Assembly (NCBI GenBank): GCA_951406725.2
Contig: OX597822.1
Span: forward strand, 18,662,001 to 18,726,000
Reading direction: 5' to 3'
Source of the DNA: Octopus vulgaris
Taxonomy: Eukaryota
DNA length: 64,000 nt
Part shown: in pieces, positions 24,610 to 37,764 of the stretch
How positions within the stretch are numbered: position 1 is the first letter of the stretch
Layout of the letters: each line of letters opens with the position of its first letter
Notes under the pieces: generated by a model
Database searches by the model: none
Told to the model about the DNA's origin: nothing
What the model saw: the letters and a program-made list of their open reading frames with translations, nothing else
Position numbers and translations under genes: made by a program

Positions 24610-24925
24610 TGGGAGGTGAAAGAAAAGGAGAAGGAGGACAGTCGTAAGAATTATTCTTCTAGAGATGAAGTGATGGTTACAGAAATGATGATGATGATGG
24701 GGGTGGGGATGGTGATTGTGGTGTGTGGTGGTAGAGATAGTGGTGATAGAAATAGTGGTGTGATGACAATAGTAGAGGTTAAGTTAGTGATGGTGATGGT
24801 GATGATAACAGAAATAGTAGTGTTCTGTTGGTAATGGTGCCGATGTTAGTGATGGTTGGTGGCAGCAATGGTGGTTGTGGTACAATAATGGCTGTGGTGG
24901 TGGTGGCAGTGATGGTGTTGAGGTT
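24610..24925. repeat. GTG/ATG low-complexity tract
   Basis: Direct reading. Confidence 0.8.
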
Positions 24926-25629
24926 GAACTCTCAGAAATAATTGTAATTATCACCTTTATTACCAGAATTGCAATAACAAGTCACATTTACCATTACAAT
25001 AACAGCAACAACAATAACTGCAATAACAAGCCACTTTGCTGAAACATCAATAAGAAAGTTCCGGACTTAAAGTCTACCTTAATAGGCCTAAATAGCTAAT
25101 TAATGAATGTGGCTGCCAGATTTTATAATTTTGCTGTGTCATAATTAACTAAAGAGGTTAAGGTTTATCAAACTGCAAGAAAAGTAATTCGATGTAAGAA
25201 AAGAAATATTTCAGAAATATTTGCTTATTATTAGTTTTAGATTTACTTTGATTAGTAAAAGGTCTTACTTTTAGAGATTCTTATTTAAAGGAAAAATTTT
25301 ATAAATTTTTATGGCCATTGAATTTAGAAGATTGTTTCTGTATGGTTCCCGGTTCAATCCTATTGCACAGCAAACACTTTAGGCAAGATTCAGACTGAAT
25401 AATGCTTTCTGAACAATATTTTGTGAATGGAAATTGCATACAACTTTATTTTGTATGTATGCATAGATATCTCATCATCATCCTCGTCATTATCATTTAA
25501 CATTTATCTTCCTTGCTGGTGAGAGTTGGATGGTCTGACAAAATCCAGTCAGCCGCAGGGTTGCATCATGCTTCATGTCAGCTTTGGCATGGTTTCTATT
25601 ATTGGATGCCCTTCCTAATGTCGACCACT

Positions 25630-25840
25630 GTGTTTCTTTAAAACTAAACTGGATCTCTTCTTGTCGGGGGTCCCAGATGAACCTACCTCACGACAGGAGA
25701 CACAGATGCAGGCAGCAGCATTGAACTCTCTTGTTGACCAAGTACCACGTATCAGAGGTGGATTCATATATTAGTGTAGCTCATTCAGCGGTGGTTCCCC
25801 AGCATGGCCGCGGCCTTCGGGCTAAAACATTTTTAAGGAT
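25630..25840 (+). mobile_element. CR1/L2-type LINE 3' end
   Basis: Translates FKTKLDLFLSGVPDEPT...[11 protein letters not shown], typical of a CR1-group ORF2 C-terminus. Short 3' UTR with catggccgcggccttcgggctaaaac, resembling the SINE tail. Confidence 0.7.
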
Positions 25841-25842
25841 TT

Positions 25843-25913
<71 letters not shown>

Positions 25914-26085
25914 TGTATGTATGTATGTATGTGTATGTATGTATGTATATATATGTATGTATGTATATATATGTATGTATATATGGATGTATGTATATAT
26001 ATATATATATATATGTGTATGTATGTGTATATATATATTTTTATATATGTATGTACATATATATGTATGTACATATATATGTATG

Positions 26086-26116
<31 letters not shown>

Positions 26117-26153
26117 GTATGTATATATATATGTATATATATATATATATGTA
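25841..26153. repeat. (TA)n/(TATG)n microsatellite
   Basis: Direct reading. Confidence 0.97.
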
Positions 26154-27400
26154 TAAAATTACAAATTGAGATAGGGTTGTGAGTGCAACCCACCATAGGA
26201 TAACATATATCCAATATACTGCCAGTAAAGCACCCACAAAGTTAATACATAAATGTTAAGAATTGCGATGCAGTTAATTCATTTATAGTATTATGAAGGT
26301 AAAATGTTTTACCACAAATTCATAATACAAAATAAGAAAATGGAGAAATATACCTTAATCAATAATCAACTACCAGATAATACCCATTCACATAATTTAT
26401 TAACCAACTACATATGAACATCAAGGTCAAACATAATAGTACAGAACAAAACAGTGCACATCAATGAGTAATATGATACAATAAGTACAATATGTATAAA
26501 TAAATATAAATAAATATTAATATAAACTTTATCTTACAGCTGTTTCAGCCATATAGATATGAGTATCTCATTATGCTCATATTAGCCAGGTGTGATAAGT
26601 TAATATGTGGTTATAAATGAGACACTTACAAATATATGCCAAGGCCTCTTCAGAGATTATAAAGTACAATCTAAATATGAATATCAGAGAAGGTACACCC
26701 ATACAAGAATGAGTACATATACATAATATACACATACATATAAGTGTATATACACATGCACCTATATATATATATATACGTATATACATAATAATGTATA
26801 ATAACATACATACATATATATATAAGGTTACAGTTAGTCAAATCAATATATTAGAATATTACAATATACAAACATACACATATCCATATGCAAATGTACA
26901 TATACAAAGTCAAGAGTTCATTATATCAAGTTACAAAATGCCATTAATATTATTAATATTATTATTATTATTAATAATAATAATAATACCAGTAAAATAA
27001 TATGTGCATCACGCCGTTCACAGTACATATTACATGGAAAAAATCCCATAGAATACATCAACAGCATAATATAGTAAAATAGTAACATAATAATACTAAT
27101 AATACAGTACAATACAAAACATTATAGATCAGCAATCACATATAAAATGAAAAATGAAAAATATTGATTTACATCATAGCAAAATCCAGAAGTGTACATG
27201 CATATAAACGCATACAAGTCAGAGTTTTGACGGTGATATATATATAGTAGTAAGTTACTCATTGATGTGCACTGTTTTGTTCTGTACTATTATATTTGAC
27301 CTTTATGTTCTTATTTAGTTGGTTAATAAATTATGTGAATGGGTATTATCTGGTAGTTGATTATTGATTAAGGTGTATTTCTCCATTTTCTTATTTTGTA
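26154..27400 (-). mobile_element. TA-flanked Penelope pLTR-like element with a 146-bp inverted repeat and a hammerhead
   Basis: 26326-26471 is the reverse complement of 27255-27400; hammerhead at 26532-26656. Confidence 0.65.
26532..26656 (-). ncRNA. Type I hammerhead ribozyme with about 90-nt loop II insertion
   Basis: Minus strand TCT-CTGAAGA-GGCC-(about 90 nt)-GGCT-GAAA-CAGCTG-TA-AGA. Core intact, GUA cleavage triplet. Confidence 0.75.
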
Positions 27401-27402
27401 TA

Positions 27403-27447
<45 letters not shown>

Positions 27448-27450
<3 letters not shown>

Positions 27451-30400
27451 AAATGCGAGTATTCTGCCAAATGCGAACATTCTGCCAAATGTGAATTTTC
27501 TATTCTGCCAAATGCGAGTTTTCTTTTCAGGTACTTGAAGCTAGTGTCCCCCACCACAGGGTCTTACGGGCCCATACCTCCCACACCCTCAGGGTTGGCA
27601 CTCTCAACGTTGGCACACTGAAAGGTAGGTCTAGTGAGATTATTGAGATGCTTGAATGGAGATGTGTTGATATATGCTGCATCCAAGAAGTAAGGTGGAG
27701 AGGAGGTTCTGCTAGGTTCCTCACAGGCAAAGAACGCAGGTACAAGATTTTCTGGGCAGGGAACACTGACGGGGTCGGGGGTGTTGGTATATTTCTTTCT
27801 GAAAAATGGGTAGATAAAGTAATTGAGGTAGTCAGTGTATGCGACAGAATACTTAAGATTAGATTAATGCTTCACCATGGGTTAGCAACCATTATATCGG
27901 CCTATGCCCCTCAGCTGATGGATAGAAACACCAATTCTATGACACCCTACTGCAGACTACCTCGTTGACAAACGACAGGGACCTTCTTTTTGTGGCTGGT
28001 GACTTCAATGGACATGTTGGACAGCATACAGGGGCTTCCATGGCGTACATGGAGGCTACGGCTATGGTTCCTGCAACGAGGAGGGAACCAGGCTGCTGGA
28101 GTTCTGCGATGCAAATGATCTTATGGTTTGCAATACTAACTTCAGGAAAGCTACCAGTCACCTAGTCACCTACCAATTGGGCCGATATACTAGCCAAATT
28201 GACTACATCCTTGCCAGAAAAAGAGAAAGATGGTTGCTTATAAATGCCAAAACCTTCCCAGGTGAAGAATGTACCCCACAACATAGACTGGTAGTTAGTG
28301 ACTTTAGGATCAGGACTAAGTGGACGCTCAGAAGATGACCAACATGGAAAAGAAGGGTCTGGAAGCTTAAAGATCTTGCGAATGGACAGAGATTTAGAGA
28401 CATATTACTCGAAACCTTTGACGAAATAGATGAGGATATAGATTCACATAGTGTAGAAGACAACTGGAGGTTTCTACAGGACAACCTGCTGAGAGCCACT
28501 GACCAGATCTGTGGATGGTGCAAAGTCCTCTCTTGACCCAAAATAACGTGATGGTGGAACAATGTTGTAGACAGGGCTATTAGAGAAAAGAGACAGGCTT
28601 GGAAGGACTGGAAGAATGGAGGTAGCAGGGAATTATATCAGACTGCCAAAAGAGAAGCTAGGAGACAGGTTTATTTAGCCAGAGGGAAAGCAGATAAGAA
28701 AAAATTTGCCAATGTTCTGCACCGCGAGGACCAAAGATTTGAGGTATTTCATGTTGCAAGACAGTGTGTGAGAGAGAATCGTGATGTGTTCGCATGGATG
28801 ATGGTACCCTTCGACAGGGTGCCCTGATCCCTTGTCTGGTGGTCAATGAGGAAACTAGGGATAGATGAATGGTTAGTGAGAGCTGTGCGAGCCATGTACA
28901 GGGACGCTGTTAGTAAGGTGAGGGTTGGCGACGAGTACAGTGAAGAATTCCGGGTAGAGGTAGGGGTCCACCAAGGTTCAGTCCTCAGCCCCCTCCTATT
29001 TATCATAGTCCTCCAGGCAATATAGGAGGAATTCAAGACAGAATGCCCCTGGGAGCTCCTCTATGCTGATGACCTTGCTCTAATTGCTGAGTCACTATCA
29101 GAACTGGAGAAGAAGTTTCAGGTGTGGAAACAAGGATTAGAATCGAACGGCCTTAGAGTCAACCTAGCTAAAACTAAAGTCCTAATAAGTAGGAAGGTAG
29201 ACAAATCACAAACGCCTTCAAGTAGATGGCCCTGCTCGATCTGTAGAAAAAGCGTAGGTAGAAACTCTATAAGATGCTCCAAGTGTAAGCTATGGACACA
29301 TAAGAGGCGCAGCAATGTCAAACGAAGGCTAACTAGGAAGATAGTTTTTGTATGTGGCAGATGCTCAGGAGCAATAAACATTGAAAATGCACAGAGACCA
29401 ACTTTGCCACAATCCAGGGAGAAAAACTAGTAGTTGATAGCTTCCGTTACCTAGGTGACCAAGTCAGTAGCGGGGGCGGGTGTGCTGAAAGTGTAACTGC
29501 TAGAGTAAGAATAGCTTGGGCAAAGTTCAGAGAGCTCTTACCTCTGCTGGTGACAAAAGGCCTCTCGCTCAGAGTAAAAGGCAGACTATGACGCATGTGT
29601 ACGAACAGTCATGCTACATGGCAGTGTAACATGGGCCGTGACTGCTGAGGATATGCGTAAGCTTGCAAGAAATGAAGCCAGTATGCTCCGATGGATGTGT
29701 AATGTCAATGTTCATACTCGACAGAGTGTAAGTACCTTGAGAGAAAAGTTGGACCTAAGAAGCATCAGTTGTGGTGTGCAAGAGAGACATTTGCGCTGGT
29801 ATGGTCATGTGGCGAGAATGGATGAAGATAGTTGTGTGAAAAAGTGCCACACCCTAGCGGTTGAGGGAACCTGTGGAATAGGTAGACCCAGGAAAACCTG
29901 GGACGAGGTGGTGAAGCATGACCTTCGAACTTTAGGTCTCACCGAGGAGATGACTAGAGACCAAGACCTTTGGAAGTATGCTGTGCGTGAGAAGACCCGG
30001 CAGGACAAGTGAGACCATAACCCATGGCCTCTACCTGGGATGTAGCCAGTCCACTTATGCATACCTTTCCTTCTTGGGACACAAAACTCTACTTGCAAAG
30101 ACCTGTTGAAGCAAGTGAAAATCAAAATCAAAATCGATCAACATGAATGGAAATTGTAGCTGTGATACCAGTGCCGGTGGCACGTAAGAAAACCATCTGA
30201 TCGTGGCCGTTGCCAGTGCCGCCCAGACTGGCTTCCGTGCCAGTAGCACGTAAAAAGCACCATCCAATCTTGGCCATTGCCAGCCTCGCTTGGCCTCCGT
30301 GCCAGTGGCACGTAAAAAAGCACCCACTACACTCTCGGAGTGGTTGGCGTTAGGAAGGGCATCCAGCCGTAGAAATATTGCCAAATCAGACTGGGCCTGG

Positions 30401-30478
30401 TGCAGCCTTCTGGCTTCCCAGACCCCAGTTGAACCGTCCAACCCATGCTAGCATGGAAAGCGGACGCTAAATGATGAA
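27448..30478 (+). mobile_element. RTE-clade LINE, near full length, internally deleted and inactivated
   Basis: APE endonuclease, RT, C-terminal LRWYGHV...GRPRKTW and a long 3' UTR ending gctaaatgatga. The insertion region is flanked by (TA)n. Confidence 0.95.
27531..30012 (+). pseudogene. RTE ORF: APE endonuclease + reverse transcriptase + PHD-like finger (frameshifts, stops)
   Basis: TLNVGTL, CIQEVRW, SAYAPQ, AGDFNGHVG, SQIDYIL, QHRLVV (APE); FDRVP, GVHQGSVLSPLLF, LLYADDL, VNLAKTK, FRYLG (RT). RT N-terminal subdomains are missing at about 28805. Confidence 0.93.
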
Positions 30479-30850
30479 GGCTGCATCAGGCCCAGTCTGA
30501 TCTGGCAGTGTTTCTACGGCTGGATGCCCTTCGTAATGCCAACCACTCTGTGAGTGTAGTGGGTGCTTTTTACATGCCAGACGGGGCTGACAAATGGCCA
30601 CGGACAGATGGTGCTTTTTACATGCCACCGGCACGGGTGCCAGGCGAGGCTGGCAATGGCCACGATTGGATGGTGCTTTTTACGTGCCACCGGCACGGGG
30701 GCCAGGCGAGGCTGGCAACGGCCACGAACGGATGGTGCTTTTTACGGAGGTCAGTCTGTGTGGCGCTGGCAACGGCTACGATTGGATGGTTCGCTTACTT
30801 GTCACCGGCACTGGTATCACAGCTGCAATATCCACTGATGTTGATCGACT
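30479..30850 (-). mobile_element. Inverted copy of the RTE 3' UTR abutting the LINE tail
   Basis: Reverse complement of about 30133-30408, including the gccagtggcacgtaaaaagcaccatcc subrepeats. Confidence 0.88.
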
Positions 30851-30875
30851 TCGAGTTTGGTTCTGCTTTCTGATG

Positions 30876-30922
<47 letters not shown>

Positions 30923-31096
30923 ATACAAAAATAATACAAAATCTAATTATATATGTTTTTATTATTTTTTTGCAATTTACTTAATCATTGACATTTTATT
31001 GTTATTTTAATTTTAATATTTCTGTTATATGTAATTTTCTAGATGGTGTAATTTAATTGTTCATTTTGAATTGATAAAAGGTGTTTTTTTCTAATT

Positions 31097-31279
31097 TTAT
31101 ATATATATATATATTTATATATGTTTGTATGTATATATATATATGTATATATGTATGTATATATATATGTATATATATATATATATGTATGTATGTATAT
31201 ATATATGTATGTATGTATATATATGTATGTATGTATATATATGTATGTATGTATATATATGTATGTATGTATATATATG

Positions 31280-31318
<39 letters not shown>

Positions 31319-31346
31319 GTATATATATGTATATATATATATATAT
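31097..31346. repeat. (TA)n/(TATG)n microsatellite
   Basis: Direct reading. Confidence 0.97.
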
Positions 31347-32487
31347 AACCCACAACTTACCACAATTGCTTAATAAATATGAGCCCTTCACTGTGTAAGC
31401 ACAAATTCTTCTGCACTTTTAAATTCTTTCATAAATCTAAAAGTTCACCCCCCCCCTGAATATCACCCACATACAAACCAATGATCATTAACACATTCCT
31501 CTCTTCTATATCTCCTTATATTTCTATATCTCTTATTTCTACCTTATATCTTATATCTCTTTTATCTACCTTACCATTTATATCTCTTTTATCTCCCTTA
31601 CCATTTCACCTTATGAGATAAATATTCTATAATTTATCCTTAATTCATTTTTAATCCTCAACCCAATAAATCCCCTAATATCTAACTCCCACACATAAAT
31701 AAACATTCAACTAGCTCCTCCATTCTCGACTACCTACACACCCATAACCCCATTGCTAAAATTAAACTCTACAGCCACTGACCTTAGCCAGAAAGGACAC
31801 AAGTATTTACTACTAGATTTCCTCCTTAACATGTATAGACTTTAAGACTACCACAAACACCTACAGCTCTCTTTAAATTCCTTTCATTTTGCCCTATTTT
31901 TTTTTTTACCCTATCTTCCTCTACCTCCTCATCCTCTCTCTTATCTTCTTGACTACCCTGTACACAATTCTTAGGCACCATACACCTATACACCTTACTT
32001 TATCCTAAAGCCCATCCTTAAATCCCCCCCTCACTCTATCTACTTCTGTTTCTATTTCTTTTCTTTCCTTTTACCACTTAATAGCCACCTCTGCTACCAT
32101 TCTGTTATTGAATGCTGATATGTTCACGTCAATTTTCTCTGGATGTATATTATATCAGGATTTTAACCTACATGGATCTATGCAGGATTGCACCTAAGGA
32201 CTTATGCTCTTGTTTCTACAACATCGGAAAGTTGAACTATGAACTTTTATGCTTCTTTTTTCTTCTTTCTCTCCATCTCCTTATTCCTTGACTCCCTTCC
32301 TCTATGTCGTCATCTCATTAATATATACATTTCTCATTTTCCCAATTTTTCCCTGTTTATCTCTGATGACATGATACCCCATACTTGGGGATATCCCAGA
32401 AACAGCTGTAAAACTTTGAATTTTTTCTTATAATAATATTGTATATGACTTGAAATGTTTGCCTTGCCTTAGTGTTTGTTGTCCTCC
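31347..32487 (+). mobile_element. Penelope-like 3' end/pLTR remnant with hammerhead
   Basis: Begins with LLNKYE..[fs][12 protein letters not shown], resembling the end of the GIY-YIG ORF at about 58920-58990. Pyrimidine-rich UTR; hammerhead at 32360. Confidence 0.55.
32360..32413 (+). ncRNA. Type I hammerhead ribozyme motif (stem bases partly decayed)
   Basis: TCT-CTGATGA-catGATACCCC-atactt-GGGGaTATCcca-GAAA-CAGCTG-TA-AAA. Confidence 0.75.
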
Positions 32488-32491
32488 TTAA

Positions 32492-32708
32492 CCCTTTCAT
32501 TACCAACCCGGCTGAAACTGGCTCTGGCTCAGTAGAACAAATGTCTTGTTTTCATAAGTTTTGAATTAAAATCTTCCACCAAACTTTAGTCACAATTTAT
32601 GCTCCTAACACTAGCTGAATGATAACTAAGTTATTTTACTAAATCCTTTGTTAGATTTAAAATTAATTGAAAGAAACAAAGAACATCTCAAAATAAATAC
32701 AGTAATGA
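32492..32708. mobile_element. piggyBac-like MITE, right end eroded
   Basis: TTAA|CCCTTTC left end; TTAA at the right; size and style resemble 61889-62109. Confidence 0.5.
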
Positions 32709-33744
32709 TTAACAATCATATATCTGCTGCATGTAATGGCTCCATAACTGCTGTCTCAGCTATAATCTTGGAGACCTAGTAATCCACTGCAGCACTTACT
32801 TTGTGTACCTAATCATTTAGATTACCTCTGAACTAAACCCCCATACTTTGTATATATATACATATATGTTTAAGTTCATTTCATAGCCATGTAGATTCAG
32901 GTTCAGTCCCACTGTACAGGACCTTGGGTATCCTCTACTCCCTCCCCAGACAAACCACTGGCATATGAGGGAAGCTGGTAGATAGAAACTGCAGGAAGCC
33001 TATTCTGTGTATACATGTGTGTGTATGTGTTTGTGTGCGTGTTTTGTATGTATTATTAGGTGTAATTAATCAAGTGATTAACTAAAGCCCAATTTAGAAA
33101 AACTGAAAAAACTCAAAAGTGTAAGTAATGTTTAGAGAAACATCTCACCTAATTTATGCTTCACTGTCTGGGAACATTTGAGCAGGAACCACTTTCTCAC
33201 AATGGAACATTTTACAACTCAAAAATATGTCCCAATAATGTGTGTGTGTGTGTGTGTGTGTGTTGTGTCTGTGTGTGTTGAATAAGCTCTTGCACATTTT
33301 ATTAAGGTATTTCCATCTCTAAACAAATAGATCTGTCACTAACAAAGCATCGTGTCCCTGTTGCAGCAGTTTTGTGCATCTTAGCAATTCCAAACTCTTT
33401 AGTTAAGCCATTTATTTTGATTGCTTGAATCCAAGTTCATCTGAAAAGGATTCTGAAACGTCACAGTTTAAACCTTATTTTCAAATTCATCCACACTTGC
33501 ACATATTAAGAAACTGCACCCAGTCAAATCTGTAAAATAGTCGGTAACAAAAAGGGTGTCATTTCATAAGAGCTTTGCAGAAATAATATTGAAAAAGAAG
33601 GAAGAAATGTAAGAGAAATAGTTTCTACAAGTGGCAGTGAAGGCAACCAATACAGAAGAGCAAAAACTTGGAATAAAATCTTATACAAAGTAAAGGTGGC
33701 TCTTTAGTCTCCATACCTTGTATTAGTGGTATGGTAGAGTTTTA

Positions 33745-34100
33745 GGTGACGAGCTGGCAGAATCGTTAGCACACCGGGCGAAATGCGTAGCTATATTTCA
33801 TCTGCCGTTATGTTTTGAGTTCAAATTCCGCCAAGGTCGACTTTGATCCAATCAATACCTTGTGATGGAAACTGGGCAGAAGCTTGTCATATAGAGGTGT
33901 GTTGTGTGTGTATACATGTGTGTTTGTGTTTGCCTCCACCAACATTACTTGAAAACTAGCGTTTTCTTTATGTCCTCATGACTATGCAGTTCGGCAAAAG
34001 AAGATCAACAGAATAAGTAACAGACTTTCAAAAAGATTTTACTAGAGTCACTTCGTTTCACTAAAACTCTTCCAAGTTGGCGGCAGGACTGCAGTTCAAT
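33745..34100 (+). mobile_element. Composite of SINE fragments
   Basis: gagctggcagaatcgttagcacaccgggcgaaatg head joined to the body of the abundant SINE family. Confidence 0.7.
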
Positions 34101-34249
34101 GATTGAAGGTAAAGGGTGAACAGAGGATGACTATCTCTGATTGCAACAGAATGGAACAAGTGGTGAGATACCATACAAGACCAGACCCTAACCCTAACCG
34201 TCCTAGGAAAGGAAAGCAACAACATAAAATGACAAAGACAATGCAGCAG

Positions 34250-34442
34250 CATGTATGCACACACACACACACATACATATGTACATACATACATAAATAC
34301 ATACATACATACATAAACACAAACACACATACATACATACACGCATACATACATACAAGCATACATAAATACATACATAAACACGCACACACATACATAC
34401 ATACGTACATACATACACACATACATACATACATACATATGT
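34250..34442. repeat. (CATA)n/(CA)n microsatellite
   Basis: Direct reading. Confidence 0.95.
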
Positions 34443-36554
34443 AAACAATAGTCCCATTGCACATTTGAAATGAAAGAGGGCTGCATTTTCTGAGGAGTAA
34501 TTAACAAGGGAGTTTCCATGCACTTCGCTTTTGAAAGCTTCTATTCTTTCCCATGAGGTATTTGCAACTGTAGTTCAGTTATTTAAAAACACTATAAAAC
34601 TCAGCTAATGCGGTCTCCAGTGCCTCAGGTATGCCAGTTCAATAATTAAAAATTTTTCTGTTAATAAATTTAATCTAGTATAGTCAATATATTTAGTTAT
34701 TTATCGATAACTATTTGAAAGTTTAAGAAGTATGTTTTTTACTGAGAAGGGGGACATTATTTTAAAATTACTGTTTCAAAGCAAATGTGTTATGTTCAGT
34801 AAATTCTCACTGATTTTTGTTCCCCAATTTCATTTAATAAGATGCTCTCTATGTATCTTAACAGAGACTATGAACATTTTTTTAAATTATAAAGCAAAAA
34901 AACTAAAGGAAGCATTAGATAACTGGAGATGAAAACTACCTGTTAAAGAGCCACAACTCTGAAAAGCAGCTACTTCAAAAAGTCCTCTGTTCTACAAAAT
35001 TCCAGCTTGTTCAAAAATGCTTCCAATTTAACTTTTCTGTTCTCTTACATCATCTGCATTCTGCTATTACCTCTCTATCTAAGTCTCATTTCTCTCACCA
35101 TATTGTTTTAAGGATATATATTGCACTTGCGCGTGAGTGTGTGTGTGTTTGTATCTATGCATGAATGTTTTTAGGTATGTATATATACATGTGTATTATA
35201 TACATATATTTGGTCATGGAAAATGTGGCGCTGGGAATGGTGATGACAAAGAAGCATATAAAAACAGAAAATACACATCAACATGACTCAACCCCTCATC
35301 AGTCATTGACTAAATGTCAGCACAATTTTGACATCTTCCAGCAACATTGTTCCATTTGGCAGTGTTAACAACATTAGCTACTGGAGTAAAAATGAGCAGA
35401 CATTATAGATGAATAAGTAGAAAAAAATGGTCTTTAGGCCAAATAGTAAATAAGGATGAGTTATGAGGAGAATGGGAAAAATATATAATGGAAGAAACAA
35501 CTAGACAAGGACAGTGAAAGATGAAATACACATATATTCAGTAGTTTGTTTTAATGCGGTTCATATTACTAAATATCTCATATTCAATATTTACTTAGAC
35601 ATGCCACTTCTATACCTGTATACCATTGCAATTAAATTATCTATGCAGTGGTATGCTAGATTGTCAGAAACATGAGCTCCATGATATTTGAATAACAACA
35701 GAAACCAATTGTATTTAAAATACATTTTATGATATGCACATATCAAGTGGTTACATAATAAGCAATTACACAATCATCCACTTTCTTCAGTCATTTCAAG
35801 CAAAACGTATTTGTAAATCTATGTCTAACATTGTAGGGGTGTGTGCATGCATGTATCGATTTTGATTCTTGTCTGCACGCATACAAATGTGTGCGTTCAT
35901 GCATGTGCTTATGTTTTTCTCTGTGTTCTTTATATTTTTTATGATTTCATTCATTGGACTGTGGCCTTGCTAGGGCAATGCCTTGAAACATTTTAGTCAA
36001 TTTCTGTCAACCCAACTACTTTGGTATTTATTTCATTGTTTGTCAAAGACACACAATGCAAAGTAGAGATTGATGTAAGAGGATATAATCAAGAAATACT
36101 GCAGAGCTTTTCTGTGGCTGTGTGTTTCTGTTTTCAGTTATCAGTGTTCCCTCTATACTTACATAACCACACACTCACACATACTTACATACATACACTC
36201 ACACATACATACATACATATATTCATACACACACACATATATATCAAGTAGTAGTGACGAAAGTAGTATTAATACCAAATGACCATCTTTATAAACTACT
36301 TAACATGGATACATTGTTTGAATACCATAGTATTGTAGTATTTGCCTTGAAAAATCCTCTCATATAAATGTTTGGTGCTAAGAAGCACAGGGTACTGCTG
36401 CATCATGTGATTTTAGTGTGTTTGCACTTCACCACCAAGAGATCCACTCACCACATACTAGCCAAATCTTCTTTGCCACCATTGATATATGGAAAAACTA
36501 TGTTTGTGTGTGTGTGTATTCACAAATTTATACATATATGTGTGTGTGAGAGTA

Positions 36555-37322
36555 TGGTAACAAAGGGCCTCTCCCTCAGAGTGAAAAGCAGATTGTATGA
36601 TACTTGTGTATGAACAGCTGTGCTGCTGGTAGTGAGACATGGGCTGTGACTACTGAAGACTTGCTCGAAAGAAATAAAGCCAGCATAATCTGCTGGATGG
36701 TTAATGCCAGTGTGCATGTATGACAGAGTGTAAAGGATTTAACAGAAAAATTGGGTTATTTGAGGCATCAATTGTAGTGGGCAAGAGAAATGACTGTGCT
36801 GATGTAATCGTGTAATGCATATGGATGAGGATAGCTTCATCAAGATGTGCCGACTTCTAATTATGGAGGGAACATGTGGAAGGGGTAGACACAAGAAGAT
36901 GTGGGATGAAGAAATAAGAAAGAATCTTCAGATGTTGGGCCTCACAGAGGATATGACAAAGGACCAAGTCTTTGTTGTACTTGAGAAGATATGTCAAACT
37001 AAGTAAAATTGTGGTTGTCCAGGCATGTCCTGCACATCGCTCCCTCATCCAGTCTTGCAGACATGTGAGTGCTGGTACCGCATCGAAGCACCCATGCTGG
37101 TACCACATAAACACCTGTACTAGTTTTACATAAAAGCACCTTGTACACTCTGTAAAGTGGCTGGAATTAGGAAGGGCATCCAGCCATAGAAAGCCTACCA
37201 AAACAAACAAATGGGACCAAGGCAGCTCTCCAGATGGTCAAACTGTCCAACTCATGCCAGCATGGAGGATAGACTTTAAAAGATGATGATGATGATAGTA
37301 AGAATGATGATGACAATGATGA
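36555..37322 (+). mobile_element. Old 5'-truncated RTE LINE (C-terminus + 3' UTR + (GAT)n tail)
   Basis: VTKGLSLRVKSRLYD...MDEDS..K.C..L.MEGTCGRGR.KK.WDE parallels 29550-30478. Confidence 0.88.
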
Positions 37323-37729
37323 TATTTAAACAGAGAAAAAGAGACTGAGCGAGAGATATCTGCATTTACTATGCACAGCTTCTGCACAGTTTCCATCCAC
37401 CACAAGTTATATGTCAACCAAAGGCTATAGTAGAAGACAGTTGGTCAGAGTGATCAGAGCTGGATTGAATGCAGAACCCTGTAATTGTGCAACAAATTTT
37501 GGGCCACACAGCCTTGCCTAAACTCATGTGCAGTTTTGTGTAGGTTTTGAAGAGTAAATGAGAGATAATAATATGCACTTGGCATTTCCTGTAGTGTGTG
37601 AAAAAATACATAGTTTGTATCATAGCTTCTTCTAATGTGTGAAGACATGTGTGAATAGCAGTTTGTAGCCAGCTAATGAAGACAGAACTGTGTGCATTCT
37701 CATGCAATTTCATCATCTAATCTACACAA

Positions 37730-37764
<35 letters not shown>

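Noticed and set aside
25731-26237. YI/YV/MYVC-rich ORFs (also at 31.0-31.4, 34.1-34.5, 45.6-46.1 and 51.2-51.4 kb)
   Set aside because: Translations of stop-free TA/TATG/CA microsatellites.
30160-30330. Repeat-spacer-like pattern resembling a CRISPR array
   Set aside because: Degenerate subrepeats of the RTE 3' UTR in eukaryotic DNA; spacers are related to each other and there are no cas genes.
34186-34200. CCCTAACCCTAACC telomere-like run
   Set aside because: Only about two units; not a telomeric array.
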